Position numbers and translations under genes: made by a program. Below are positions 17,707 to 26,941 of a stretch of 64,000 bases of DNA, piece by piece. The DNA is from Planctomycetota bacterium (GTDB taxonomy: Bacteria > Planctomycetota > UBA1135 > UBA2386), in NCBI GenBank assembly GCA_965228735.1, contig OZ245838.1:4736001-4800000 (forward strand), given 5' to 3'. Position 1 is the first letter of the stretch, and every line of letters starts with the position of its first letter. The notes beneath the pieces were generated by a model. That model did no database searches and was not told the DNA's origin. It worked only from the letters and a program-made list of their open reading frames with translations.

Positions 17707-19538
17707 GCGACGCTCCTTTCGGGTGGTCGAACCGACCGGACTGCGACCGGACTCTGAACCGACTTCGAGTCCGGTCCGATCGCGTCCGTCAGAGTCAGGG
17801 CGTTTTTGGGGGCGCCTCCTTGGCGCCCCAACCGACCGGACTGGGTGTCCCCCTTTAGGGGGGAGAGTCTGCTCGTTGGATCGAGCCCTCCGGACGCAGC
17901 ATCGTTGTCCCCGTTGGGGGGCTCCTCAGTCGAACGACCGGACTCGGCGGACGGACCCGTCTGAGTCTGGTCGTCGGTTGGGTCCGGACTGAGAGGAATC
18001 GCGGCATCCGGGTCTCGGATCGCCTGGGGCCAGTCTTCGCCACACCAGCGGCCGACGATGACGGCGTTCTGCTCGGTGTCGATCAGGTCCGGGTAGGCCT
18101 TTGCCATTTCGGCGGCCCCGATGACGAAGGGTGACCCCCGCTTGGCCTGGGTCACGAGGGGGGATCGACCAGCTTGCGCTGCCAGTAGGGTCGAGAACGC
18201 CCGGTCGAACGTGGCCTTGCCGCGACCCACGATCCCGCGGAGTGTGTCCTTGTTCGTCGTCTTGGGGTTCAGCGCGAGCGCCACGGCAATCCGGCGCGTC
18301 GTGTCGACGTCCGCTTCGTCGCGCGCCCTGGCCTTTTCCTTCTCTCTTGCGACCGTCAGATCATCTTGCTCCTCGGTCGTGAGGGCCCGGAGGATGCCAT
18401 GCTCCTCCCGAGCAAGGATGACCCGGTCCTTGAACTCCATGCGCGGCCCGTGGTTGTTCTTGCGGATTCGGAACGCTACCTGGGCATTGGGGAGCGCCGC
18501 GAGATAGCCCTCGACCCGGACGGCGTCGAAGAGTCCTGACGTGCCGCGCGCATCGGGCTCGTCGTCTTCACGTGTGACGTTCGACCGCCGGCTGAGCTTG
18601 TTCGAATGGTGCGCAAACCAAACCGAGATCGGCTCATTTGCTTGCTGTACGAGCGATTCGAGCATTGCGACCCATGCGGTCCCGACCTCGCTCGACAGGT
18701 CGATATTGCCCGAGAGCAGTCGGGACAGAGGGTCGGCAACAACAAGTGCCGGCTGGACGTTCAGAACGCCGGTGGCCCACTCTCCAAAGCTAGAGCTCGT
18801 CATTGGGCTGCCGTTCAAGGTGTTGATGAGGAGCCGGTCTTGGCCGATGCCTGCCACAGAGGCGATGAAGAGCTTCGCCTCGATGTTGCGACGTTCGGCT
18901 GACGACACGTGCGCGAGCAGCTTTCGGGAGATCAGCTGCAAGCGACGGATGATCTGCTCTCGTCGATCCTCGCCGAAGACCAGGAACACTGGCCGACCCG
19001 CAGCGGCCTCGCCGACCGGGAACCTGCCCAGAAAGGGCATGTTGGCGGCAACTGCTACGGCAAGCTGCAGGAAGAACATCGACTTCCCCGCGGCCCCTTG
19101 CCCGACCAGCATTCCGACCTCGTTCATCGGAACGAGCGTGTCGCCATCGCATGGGTCGGCTACAGCCTGACCGCGGCGGGTCGGGTAGTGCAGCAGGGCT
19201 GGAGTTGGCGGAACGAGCTGGTCAAGCGTCCCGGGAGCGAGTGGTGCGCATGTCGTGCCCAAGCATGGAAACCCGACCGGGTGACTGTCGCTGGACTGCT
19301 TGGACTGAGCGTCATCGTTCTGACCACGCGAAGCCGCCTCGGTCAGGTCGTCGAAGACGTTGAGTTCTCGCCGGAGCACTTCCGACGTGTTCACCCCGCA
19401 CTCGGCGACCAACGTCGTGTCATGCTGTTCGGCGATGACTCGAAGGTGGCCTACAGGCACCACCAGCCGCGGTGCGCCGCACAGTTTTGCCATGCCGCTC
19501 AGGAACGCGCGCCCGATGTAGCTCCGGTCGTTGCTCAC
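17703..19538 (-). CDS. RepA-like AAA_25 (SF4-related) helicase
   Basis: Walker A GQGAAGKS, Walker B LVVADPL, HHSNK, ARGTSGL. Confidence 0.88.
   Translation of the reverse strand: MSNDRSYIGRAFLSGMAKLCGAPRLVVPVGHLRVIAEQHDTTLVAECGVNTSEVLRRELNVFDDLTEAASRGQNDDAQSKQSSDSHPVGFPCLGTTCAPLAPGTLDQLVPPTPALLHYPTRRGQAVADPCDGDTLVPMNEVGMLVGQGAAGKSMFFLQLAVAVAANMPFLGRFPVGEAAAGRPVFLVFGEDRREQIIRRLQLISRKLLAHVSSAERRNIEAKLFIASVAGIGQDRLLINTLNGSPMTSSSFGEWATGVLNVQPALVVADPLSRLLSGNIDLSSEVGTAWVAMLESLVQQANEPISVWFAHHSNKLSRRSNVTREDDEPDARGTSGLFDAVRVEGYLAALPNAQVAFRIRKNNHGPRMEFKDRVILAREEHGILRALTTEEQDDLTVAREKEKARARDEADVDTTRRIAVALALNPKTTNKDTLRGIVGRGKATFDRAFSTLLAAQAGRSPLVTQAKRGSPFVIGAAEMAKAYPDLIDTEQNAVIVGRWCGEDWPQAIRDPDAAIPLSPDPTDDQTQTGPSAESGRSTEEPPNGDNDAASGGLDPTSRLSPLKGDTQSGRLGRQGGAPKNALTLTDAIGPDSKSVQSPVAVRSVRPPERSVA
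17734..17990. repeat. Iteron-like GACCGGACT repeats around a CCCCCTTTAGGGGG near-palindrome (putative ori)
   Basis: Direct copies at 17734, 17745, 17834, 17936; inverted copy at 17768; one-mismatch copies at 17964 and 17982; near-palindrome at 17848-17864. Confidence 0.65.
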
Positions 19539-20710
19539 GAGAGTAGCTCCGCGAGGTGACGATCGTCGGAGCGGTAGATACAGCGGGCTTGGTCGGGGTC
19601 TCGCCTTTCAGGAACGATCGACATGTTGCTCCACTCCGCGACCAGGTGTTCGCCGCACTTCGAGCCGTAGAGCAGATCCGAAACTCCCCACAGGACGTTT
19701 CGCCACGCTTCGTAGCTCACCTCCGGTGGGACCCAGGCGAGGAGTTCTGCGGCCTCGGCGAAGTTCGCGCAATCGCCGCAAGTGCAACGCGCCTTGAACT
19801 GATACGGGCGCCGACTTGCCGATGCCCGCGCGTCGACCTTGGCGCCGTGCTCGGACCCTGCTGCGTTGTTGCGCGTGCGCGCCGCCTTCGCTTGACGGTG
19901 ACGCTTCCGAAGTCCGCTTGAGGTCGGTTGCGTGGCTCGTGACTCGAGAAGCGCTTGCAGCAGGGTGTCTGGCGGCGGGCGGATCCCTTCGACGCGGCCG
20001 CCGACGAGCTTGGGCAAGCCGTCGACGCACGTCCCGTCCGTGTCGAAGCGAATCTCCGGATATGGTTCCAAGCCGACGATCTCGCCCTCTGGATGATCGT
20101 CGCTGATCTCGATTCGTGGTGCTCCGCGAACCCACTCTCGGTGAGGGCAGACGCCGTTCGTCTCAATCGTGACGCCGCCGCTTTTCGGGCCTGCTCCGCG
20201 AACGTCGACACCAAGAAGCCAGCCGTTGCGGTTGCCGATCTTCGCCGCGAGCTCTGACTCGACCGCGTAGTGGAAGTGGACGCCCCTCTTGCTGGTTGAG
20301 AGTAGGTCGGTGCCGAAGCTGCCACCCATGAAACCGCTGAAGCTCGCCAGGCCGTCCCGGAACACGCGCTTGCTGATGCGACTCCCGTCTGATTCCTCGA
20401 CGACGACGAACTTCCAGCTGCGGTCGCAGTCGACCGTGAGCAGTCGGCTCGGCTTGGTGTGAATGCAGACATCCGCTCCGCGCGGGTCAGAGTCTGGCCC
20501 GAGCCAGTAGTCGCGAACTTCGTCCGGGTCGGTCGTGGGGCCCACGATTCGGCCGGCCTGCACCTCCTCTTCTTTCCAGGCGACCGTAGGGTGCTTGCCG
20601 CACGCGACCCCCTGCTTGTCAGGGTCGATTCGGTGATGGGATGGGGTAACGGCCCAGCCGATCTTGGCGTAGTGGAGTGCAACGAGGTGGGCAATGTCGC
20701 GGTCCTTCAC
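19535..20710 (-). CDS. Bifunctional primase-polymerase with PriCT-like C-terminus
   Basis: CGKHP, LLTVDCD, STSKRGVHFHY, GVDVRG; C-terminal SYEAWRNVLWGV...EWS. Confidence 0.85.
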   Translation of the reverse strand: MKDRDIAHLVALHYAKIGWAVTPSHHRIDPDKQGVACGKHPTVAWKEEEVQAGRIVGPTTDPDEVRDYWLGPDSDPRGADVCIHTKPSRLLTVDCDRSWKFVVVEESDGSRISKRVFRDGLASFSGFMGGSFGTDLLSTSKRGVHFHYAVESELAAKIGNRNGWLLGVDVRGAGPKSGGVTIETNGVCPHREWVRGAPRIEISDDHPEGEIVGLEPYPEIRFDTDGTCVDGLPKLVGGRVEGIRPPPDTLLQALLESRATQPTSSGLRKRHRQAKAARTRNNAAGSEHGAKVDARASASRRPYQFKARCTCGDCANFAEAAELLAWVPPEVSYEAWRNVLWGVSDLLYGSKCGEHLVAEWSNMSIVPERRDPDQARCIYRSDDRHLAELLS

Positions 20711-21012
20711 TGGGCCCCCTTCTCGTGCTTCGAGGTCAACGCGGCGAGCCAGCGGCGCACCTCCTCGACCGTGGTCGCCCAGGATCCTGCGCTGCGGAAC
20801 CGGCGAATGCGCAGCCCGTCAACGCCTCGAAGAGTCCATCGCCAGCACGTCGCGGGAGTGACTGGTTGACCGTCGGGGCGCGGAGCCACGAAGCGGGCGA
20901 TACGGGGGATGCGGATGATCGTCTCGCCGATCCACCATTCTCTGGTGTTACGCGATGCGACTTCCTGTGGCGTCGTCATGTGGCAGACGATGCCGTGTGA
21001 ATCGGACAGCAA
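20707..21012 (-). CDS. DUF1580-like HTH protein
   Basis: PATCWRWTLRGVDGLRI...WATTVEEVRRWL, typical of this Planctomycete-enriched family. Confidence 0.75.
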   Translation of the reverse strand: MLSDSHGIVCHMTTPQEVASRNTREWWIGETIIRIPRIARFVAPRPDGQPVTPATCWRWTLRGVDGLRIRRFRSAGSWATTVEEVRRWLAALTSKHEKGAQ

Positions 21013-21030
21013 ATGCCCGACCCTTCTTTG

Positions 21031-21606
21031 TCACTTCTTCCGTCGCTCGCCGGTCGGAGTCCAGAACCAGTGCTTCCCGACGAGGTCGACGAGGTGCCTC
21101 TCCCGAAGCCGGGTTAGGACGCGGTATAGGGACCGGTCGTCGGGGTTGAGACCGCGCAACTTGAAGTCCTCGGCCTTGAGCCCGCGATCTCCGGCTTCCA
21201 CCAGGCGATCGAGCGCCCGCAAGTGCTTCTCTTCCAACGGCGCGACGTGGTTCTTCGGCAGCCTAGGGCGTCCTCGTTTCTTCGGTGCGTGCTTCGCTTC
21301 GGTCGTGGCCAGTTTGGCGATGGCCTCGCCGAGCTTCCCAGCAAGGGTGACCTTGCTTGCTTCGGCGGTGTTCTTCTCCAACCGCACATCGACGAGCGCG
21401 AGCAGCAGCGTCAGCTCCGACTCGGTGAACGCTCCGCCGCGGACCAACTCGATGGCTCGCGTAACGGCATCGCTGGGTTCGGGGGGCTTGGCCACTGGTC
21501 TTCGACTGGTGAGCAGCTCCGTTCGGGAGCGACTGCCGTCCGCCGGCTGTCGAGTCGCGGACGAAGTGAGTGTAGCGTCGACGTGAGCGATGCTCCGGGT
21601 AGGCAC
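21031..21606 (-). CDS. Winged-helix DNA-binding protein
   Basis: KRGRPR hook plus SLYRVLTRLRERHLVD...WFWTPTG. Start uncertain. Confidence 0.6.
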   Translation of the reverse strand: MPTRSIAHVDATLTSSATRQPADGSRSRTELLTSRRPVAKPPEPSDAVTRAIELVRGGAFTESELTLLLALVDVRLEKNTAEASKVTLAGKLGEAIAKLATTEAKHAPKKRGRPRLPKNHVAPLEEKHLRALDRLVEAGDRGLKAEDFKLRGLNPDDRSLYRVLTRLRERHLVDLVGKHWFWTPTGERRKK

Positions 21607-22479
21607 CTATCGGCCGACTGCGACACGCAACCTTCTGCTATCAACGGACGTGTAGACCGTCGTCGACATGATCGAGCGGTGGTTCAATGCCGCCTGGACG
21701 ACTCGCAAGTCGCTCGTGCGGCTCAGAATCCTCTCGGCAAAGCTGTGTCGGAACGCATGGGCGCTCCTGCCAGTGATCTGGGCCTCGGCAAGCCACCCGG
21801 CGATCCGGCGTTGTGCGTGACGCATCGATACGCGGCGGTCGCCAGCCAAGAACACCGGACCGTCCTGACGTCCACGTAGGAAGCGCTGGATCTTCCGGGC
21901 GACCGCCTTCGGCAGCAGCGCCGTCGCTGGCCGATTACCCTTCGCGGAGCGCAGCGTGACCTCGCCGTGGGCGAAGTCGATGTCGCCGACATCGAGCGCG
22001 ATTGCGCTGCCGATTCGGATCCCACTCGCAAGGAGAAGTCGGATGAGCATCGCATCACGCTCGGCCTGCGGGCCTGGTGCGTTGGCGAGGACTGCGAGCA
22101 GGCGATCCTGCTCGTCCTGGCGCAAGGCTCGTGGCGGTGGGGGAGAGCACCTTGCTCGCTTCAGGAGCCGTGCGGCGTTCATCGGTGCGAGGCCGGACTC
22201 GTGCGCCCACTTGAAGAAGCAGCGCAGCGAGGTGCGCTGCGCGTTCGCCGACGTCGCCTTCTTCGTTCCGCCGCGCGCGCTGAGCTGTGCGGTGTCCGAG
22301 GCGAAGAATTCAGCGACGACCGCGGGCGTCATGGCCTCGATGTCGGTTGGTCGGTCAGTCGACGTGAGCCAGGCGATCAGGCTCGCTACGTGTCGCTGAT
22401 ACTGCTTCCGGGTGTGCTCTGATCGGCCGTCGGCTTGGAGTTGAACTTGGAAGTGCCCGAGGGCGTCTTGGAGGTGCAT
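21607..22479 (-). CDS. XerC/D-like tyrosine recombinase (no arm-binding domain)
   Basis: GRSEHT SAM-like start; GIRIGS, AKGN, HAFRHSFA, LNHRSIMSTTVY. Confidence 0.92.
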   Translation of the reverse strand: MHLQDALGHFQVQLQADGRSEHTRKQYQRHVASLIAWLTSTDRPTDIEAMTPAVVAEFFASDTAQLSARGGTKKATSANAQRTSLRCFFKWAHESGLAPMNAARLLKRARCSPPPPRALRQDEQDRLLAVLANAPGPQAERDAMLIRLLLASGIRIGSAIALDVGDIDFAHGEVTLRSAKGNRPATALLPKAVARKIQRFLRGRQDGPVFLAGDRRVSMRHAQRRIAGWLAEAQITGRSAHAFRHSFAERILSRTSDLRVVQAALNHRSIMSTTVYTSVDSRRLRVAVGR

Positions 22480-22611
22480 GCCGCCATGAGGCCATCGTCC
22501 GGAACCTGCGTTCAAGTCGCATTCCGCCGCCCCTGTCGCTGCAACATCCAGTCCAGGGCCGACGTCACATTCGGGAGGAAATCGGGCTTCTTCGGTAGCT
22601 GAAGGTCGCCG

Positions 22612-22950
22612 TCAGAAGTCGTGCCCTTGCTTGTCGAGAAGGTGGCCGAAACCGTGGTGCATCTCCAGAGCGCCGAGTGCCTGCAGGCACCAGACGATGT
22701 TTCTATCTCGTGGGTGACCTTGAAACCCTCCCTTGCCATCGAGTCCGTCGAAGTGGGCTTCGAGTGAGTCGAGCTTCTCGTGGATGTAACTCTTCAGCCC
22801 TGCCTCGACGCGAAGGTCGTGGATTCGTTCTTTCGCTTTCTCAACAAGAAAGCCGGTGTCGACGGCGTCGACTCCCGACAGATCGTCCACAATCCCCCGC
22901 AAGGCATCGAGTGCTTTCCTGATCCCCGCATTGTTTGGGCGGTCGCTCAT
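22612..22950 (-). CDS. Hypothetical helical protein downstream of the TIR-TM gene
   Basis: AGGA RBS, ATG start, protein-like composition. Confidence 0.6.
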   Translation of the reverse strand: MSDRPNNAGIRKALDALRGIVDDLSGVDAVDTGFLVEKAKERIHDLRVEAGLKSYIHEKLDSLEAHFDGLDGKGGFQGHPRDRNIVWCLQALGALEMHHGFGHLLDKQGHDF

Positions 22951-23010
22951 TCCTAGATGCTATTCCATCTGGTTGTGCGCAGAAACGCTGATGGAAGGGT
23001 TGGACACTAG

Positions 23011-24363
23011 CTAGCCGCCGGTCCACGAGCAGTCGACGACGTGGTTCTCGCCGGCTTCGAGCTCCGACAGTTTCATCCTTGGCGGCAGCTGACACTCCGT
23101 GAAGCTGCAGCCGCGAAACCAGGACGGTGGGATATCGCCTCGAAAAACGCAGGTCTCGAACACCACGTTAGTGAAGCTGACCTCGGTGTTGGGAGACGTA
23201 AAGTCGAGCCGTTGGTCTGCGTCCGGCGGCGGTTCGTCGACGACCAAGCGCTCAATCACGCATCGGTCGAGCGCGGTGACTCGGCCGGCGCCGACAACAT
23301 GCGGGCTAGACTTCTCGGCAGAGCGGAAGCGCACCTGGGAGAATTCGCTGACGCCGAAGTACGTCCCGTAGAACATCGAGTTCTCGAAGTCGACTGCGAG
23401 CATCTTCGTGCCAGATACCTGTCCGCCCCAGAAGCGGCACTCTTCGAACCGACAAGAGGACACTGTGAGATTCTCGCCGGGGCCCCAAGCTACGCCGCTG
23501 AACGATACATCGTCGAACCGCACGTCGTGCAACCTGCCGCTTGCGAATGTTGTTTCGACGAGCGACCCGCCGGAGAAGTCCGAGGCTGCCCAAGTAAGGT
23601 CCTGCAGATACTGGCGCCCCGACGCATTGCGCGGTCCAAGGAGAGCATCAGCCGCAATGCTTGCGTTCAGTCGCTGCAACGGTGTGTGCTCGGAGTTCTC
23701 CCGGATCAACAGAAGCCGGGAAACCATCACTTCGTCCTCGCGGTGCTCGGATGCCAGATGGTTGATGACGTCGCGACGGACGATGGTCTCTGAGCGAAGG
23801 ATTCGATCCTTCGTCGCCTCACGGTCGTTCGCGACCGTCCACATGTTCACGCGTGCCACCACGTCGGACGCGAGCCAGGTCGCGAGGGCGATCAACGCGA
23901 CGACGATCCCGATACTCGCCGCGATCCGTTTTCGTCGTCGAGCCTTCGCGAACGATAACCGTTGCCGCACTTTGACCACCGCCAGGCGCAGCTCGTCCGG
24001 CTCGTTCACGGTCTCGTAGTTGAGCTCTCGCATTATCGAGTCGAGCGGTCGCGGCCAGACGACGGGCTCGGTTCCGAGGCGCACGGGCGTCATCGCCTTG
24101 CCGATGGCGTTGGCGTGGTAGATCTCCGCTTGGCACCATTCACTGCACACCGAGCGCGGCGACACCACGGGCACTACGGCATCGCAGTCCCGTAGCTCCG
24201 CGCGGATGCGGTTCGTGAAGTCTTCTCCGATCAGCGTCTCGTGCGTGTCGTGGTAGGCGTGGAAGCCGCTCGCTTTGAGCTCCTGGTAGAGGACGTCCAC
24301 GTCTTTGGCGTCTTCTCTTGCGTAGCTGATGAATACGGATGCCTTCCGAATCGGGTTGCGCAT
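23011..24363 (-). CDS. TIR - single TM - pentapeptide-repeat protein
   Basis: VFISYARED...SEWCQAEI TIR; RRRKR then IAASIGIVVALIALATWLA TM; C-terminal xFxxx repeats. Confidence 0.88.
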   Translation of the reverse strand: MRNPIRKASVFISYAREDAKDVDVLYQELKASGFHAYHDTHETLIGEDFTNRIRAELRDCDAVVPVVSPRSVCSEWCQAEIYHANAIGKAMTPVRLGTEPVVWPRPLDSIMRELNYETVNEPDELRLAVVKVRQRLSFAKARRRKRIAASIGIVVALIALATWLASDVVARVNMWTVANDREATKDRILRSETIVRRDVINHLASEHREDEVMVSRLLLIRENSEHTPLQRLNASIAADALLGPRNASGRQYLQDLTWAASDFSGGSLVETTFASGRLHDVRFDDVSFSGVAWGPGENLTVSSCRFEECRFWGGQVSGTKMLAVDFENSMFYGTYFGVSEFSQVRFRSAEKSSPHVVGAGRVTALDRCVIERLVVDEPPPDADQRLDFTSPNTEVSFTNVVFETCVFRGDIPPSWFRGCSFTECQLPPRMKLSELEAGENHVVDCSWTGG

Positions 24364-24674
24364 GTCGAACCGGCCTTGGTTGGGCGGAGGTGCTCTCCGG
24401 CCCCATTACACCCGGCGCGGGCTTGGAGGTCAGCGGAATCCCGCGCGCAAGTCTCGGCCGCAGAACGAAGCATGAGGGGTTGAGCACCTTGACGTTCCGC
24501 TGAGACCTCATCTTGCGCTATCGGGCGTGCAGGTCGCTTGATGATGGGGCCGCCTCGAAGAACTAGTTCTCACCGCGCGTGGCTCGTCGTCGGAAAGCCG
24601 GTTGCTCCAACGAGAGGCCGCGGCTCTCCTCTTGGCATTGACAAGCTGCGGCAAAAGGACCGACACTTCCCCCG

Positions 24675-25079
24675 ATGGCTGAGAGGAAAACAGAGCACTT
24701 GCAGATGATCCAGGGGGTCGTGAGCCGGCTGTCCACGAACTCATTCTTGCTCAAGGGCTGGTCTGTGGTCCTCGTCTCAGCGCTCTTCGGACTCTCCACG
24801 CAAGTCGAGAACCGCACGCCTTTCCTAGCACTCGCCTACTTCCCTGCACTCGCGTTTTGGATCCTCGATGCCTACTTCCTTTCACAAGAACGCCGTTTCC
24901 GCGCGCTTTTCGACCATGTGCGTATGCAGTTGGAGGACAAGATCGACTTCTCGATGAGCACCGTTGCGCACGTTAGTCCGCGTTGCTCGTGGCCTGCCGC
25001 CTTCTTGTCACGAACGGTGCTCATCTTCCACGGGGTGGTCGTCGCTTCCATCTTTCTCGTGATGTTGCTCTTGGGGTAG
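24675..25079 (+). CDS. Small 3-TM protein, putative effector of the adjacent TIR
   Basis: HLQMIQGVVSRLSTNSFLLKGW...FWILDAYFLSQERRFR, a membrane family I recall beside DUF1863 TIR genes. Confidence 0.75.
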   Translation: MAERKTEHLQMIQGVVSRLSTNSFLLKGWSVVLVSALFGLSTQVENRTPFLALAYFPALAFWILDAYFLSQERRFRALFDHVRMQLEDKIDFSMSTVAHVSPRCSWPAAFLSRTVLIFHGVVVASIFLVMLLLG

Positions 25080-25086
25080 TGCATCG

Positions 25087-25578
25087 ATGGCCCGCATCAT
25101 CTTTCCCAGTTTCCACTACGAACGGGATGCGTGGCGCGCTGGCGTCGTCCGCAATTCGTGGCGGACCCAGGGTTTCAAGGCTTCAGGCTTCCGTGACGGA
25201 GCTCGATGGGAGCAGGTAGAGCGCCACGGCAAGGAAGCGGTGGAGCGCTGGATTGAGGATCAGCTCAAAGGGGCTTCTGTGACCATCGTCCTCATCGGTG
25301 CGCAGACTGCAGAGCGCGAGTGGGTCATGCACGAGATCCGGCGCAGCTGCGCGCTCCGGATGGGGCTCGTTGGTATTCGCATCCACGGCATCAGAAACAA
25401 TCACCGGCTCGTCGACGTCGCTGGCGCCAACCCTTTCGATTCTCTCTGGTATGATTCGCCTGGCGGTGTTCGTCAGTACTTGTCAAGCATCTACAGCACC
25501 TACGACTACGTGGCGGACAACGGCTACCAGAATCTTGGTGCGTGGATCGAAGCAGCGGCGCGTGCGGCAGGTCGATAG
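25087..25578 (+). CDS. thsB: Thoeris ThsB-like TIR (MTH538/DUF1863)
   Basis: FPSFHYERDAWRAGVVRNSW...VTIVLIGAQTAEREWVMHEI...YDYVADNGYQNLGAWIE. Confidence 0.85.
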   Translation: MARIIFPSFHYERDAWRAGVVRNSWRTQGFKASGFRDGARWEQVERHGKEAVERWIEDQLKGASVTIVLIGAQTAEREWVMHEIRRSCALRMGLVGIRIHGIRNNHRLVDVAGANPFDSLWYDSPGGVRQYLSSIYSTYDYVADNGYQNLGAWIEAAARAAGR

Positions 25579-25671
25579 CTGCTTAGCCCGCGTAGAGTTT
25601 GCGGTAGGCCCCAGCGCTGTTGGGCGATGCCTGCTCATTTCTCCACGGCTTCGCCGCAAGCACGATCTAGG

Positions 25672-26010
25672 CTAGCCCGATAGACACGCTAGTGAGGGCG
25701 GCCGAACTGCTTGGTCCGTAATTGCTTGCCAAGCATTACTAGCCTTCGCAGGTATCACGGTCTCGGGCACGCCTGCACGGATCGCCCAGGTCCGTTCCCG
25801 ATGGACCCAAGTAGATAGCCGAGAGTTCACGGAGTCGACTACGAGAACACGCGTCGCGTTTCGAATGGCTGAGAACACTTGTTTCTCGAGGCCCTGGGTC
25901 AGGTCGAGCGAAACGTAGTCGATCCAAGTGGGAAAGCCGTGACGGCGAAGAAAGCCCTCAAGGCTTCTAGCGAGAACGGCGTCACGCCATGAGTAGCTGA
26001 CGAAGATCAT
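25672..26010 (-). CDS. Stand-alone TIR_2 domain protein (112 aa)
   Basis: MIFVSYSWRD...WIDY...STWVHRE. The ATG at 26010 overlaps the upstream TGA (ATGA). Confidence 0.8.
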   Translation of the reverse strand: MIFVSYSWRDAVLARSLEGFLRRHGFPTWIDYVSLDLTQGLEKQVFSAIRNATRVLVVDSVNSRLSTWVHRERTWAIRAGVPETVIPAKASNAWQAITDQAVRPPSLACLSG

Positions 26011-26582
26011 TCGGAGGGATCGTCTTGATGTGAATCCCGGGCAACGAGAACACGCCCCGCTCCATCGGCTTCCCCCTCGATGATCGCATTCGGAACGTAG
26101 CTTATGGCTTCGGCAACGTTCCAGTCGCCTCTCGGAGTCAGGAACTTGGTCGAGACCTGCACGACGCAGCCCCCTCCCCGCACTTGCATCGCCTTCGTGC
26201 TCCTTGCCCATGTTGGGCCAACTGCCTTGAAGAGCAACTGGAAATTGTCCGGGCGCCCTACTGTCTCGACGGGTCCCTCTACGTCGCTGGTTTCCCTAAC
26301 GGCTTTGAGGACTCCGCCCTTTAGCGCGTCGATGAACTGCCGCGGGTCGATTCCAGCGTATTCACTAGGTGCGTAGAAGACGAAGGGGCGGAAGAAGAGG
26401 CAGGTGAAGAAGCCACCGGCAACGAGCACTGGGAAGGCGGTCACGAATATGACGAGACTCAGTTGGACGTTGCCTTCAGACTGAGTAGCGGCGATTCCGA
26501 CAACGGTCTCAGTCAGCCCAACAAACGCCGCAATCACCCAAAGGGGAGTGAGTCTCTTTTCTATCGGCTTGTCGTCAGGCAT
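26007..26582 (-). CDS. 2-TM protein with a C-terminal beta domain (STKAM/GCVVQV/VAEA motifs)
   Basis: GGAG RBS before ATG 26582; TPLWVIAAF...FPVLV...FYAPSEY 2-TM region; coupled to the TIR gene. Confidence 0.8.
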   Translation of the reverse strand: MPDDKPIEKRLTPLWVIAAFVGLTETVVGIAATQSEGNVQLSLVIFVTAFPVLVAGGFFTCLFFRPFVFYAPSEYAGIDPRQFIDALKGGVLKAVRETSDVEGPVETVGRPDNFQLLFKAVGPTWARSTKAMQVRGGGCVVQVSTKFLTPRGDWNVAEAISYVPNAIIEGEADGAGRVLVARDSHQDDPSE

Positions 26583-26941
26583 CTCTAGTCTCCGTATCTG
26601 GGCGGGTGTTCCTCGGGGCTTCCCTTCCTCGGTTGCGCCGAAACCCGTCAACGAATGTATTTGAGTCATGGCGCATGCCAAAGGAAATGCGCCCCTCACG
26701 ACCCGGCCGGAACGCCCGCCGTCTCGGTGGGCCGTCACCGTTTCTAAACGGTGAAAAACGGTGGGTAGCGGTCAGCCACGCCGCTGGATTCTCGCGCAAC
26801 AGACCTACGCAGTGTCAGTTACGCCCGTCTCCGAGCCGGGCGGCTTGTGGGAAAACGGTGCCTGCCCTAAGCTCCCGTCGCCAGCGCCCTTCCGTCCAAG
26901 CAAACCTCCAAGCGGGCGATACCCCGATCGAGGTCTGCTCA

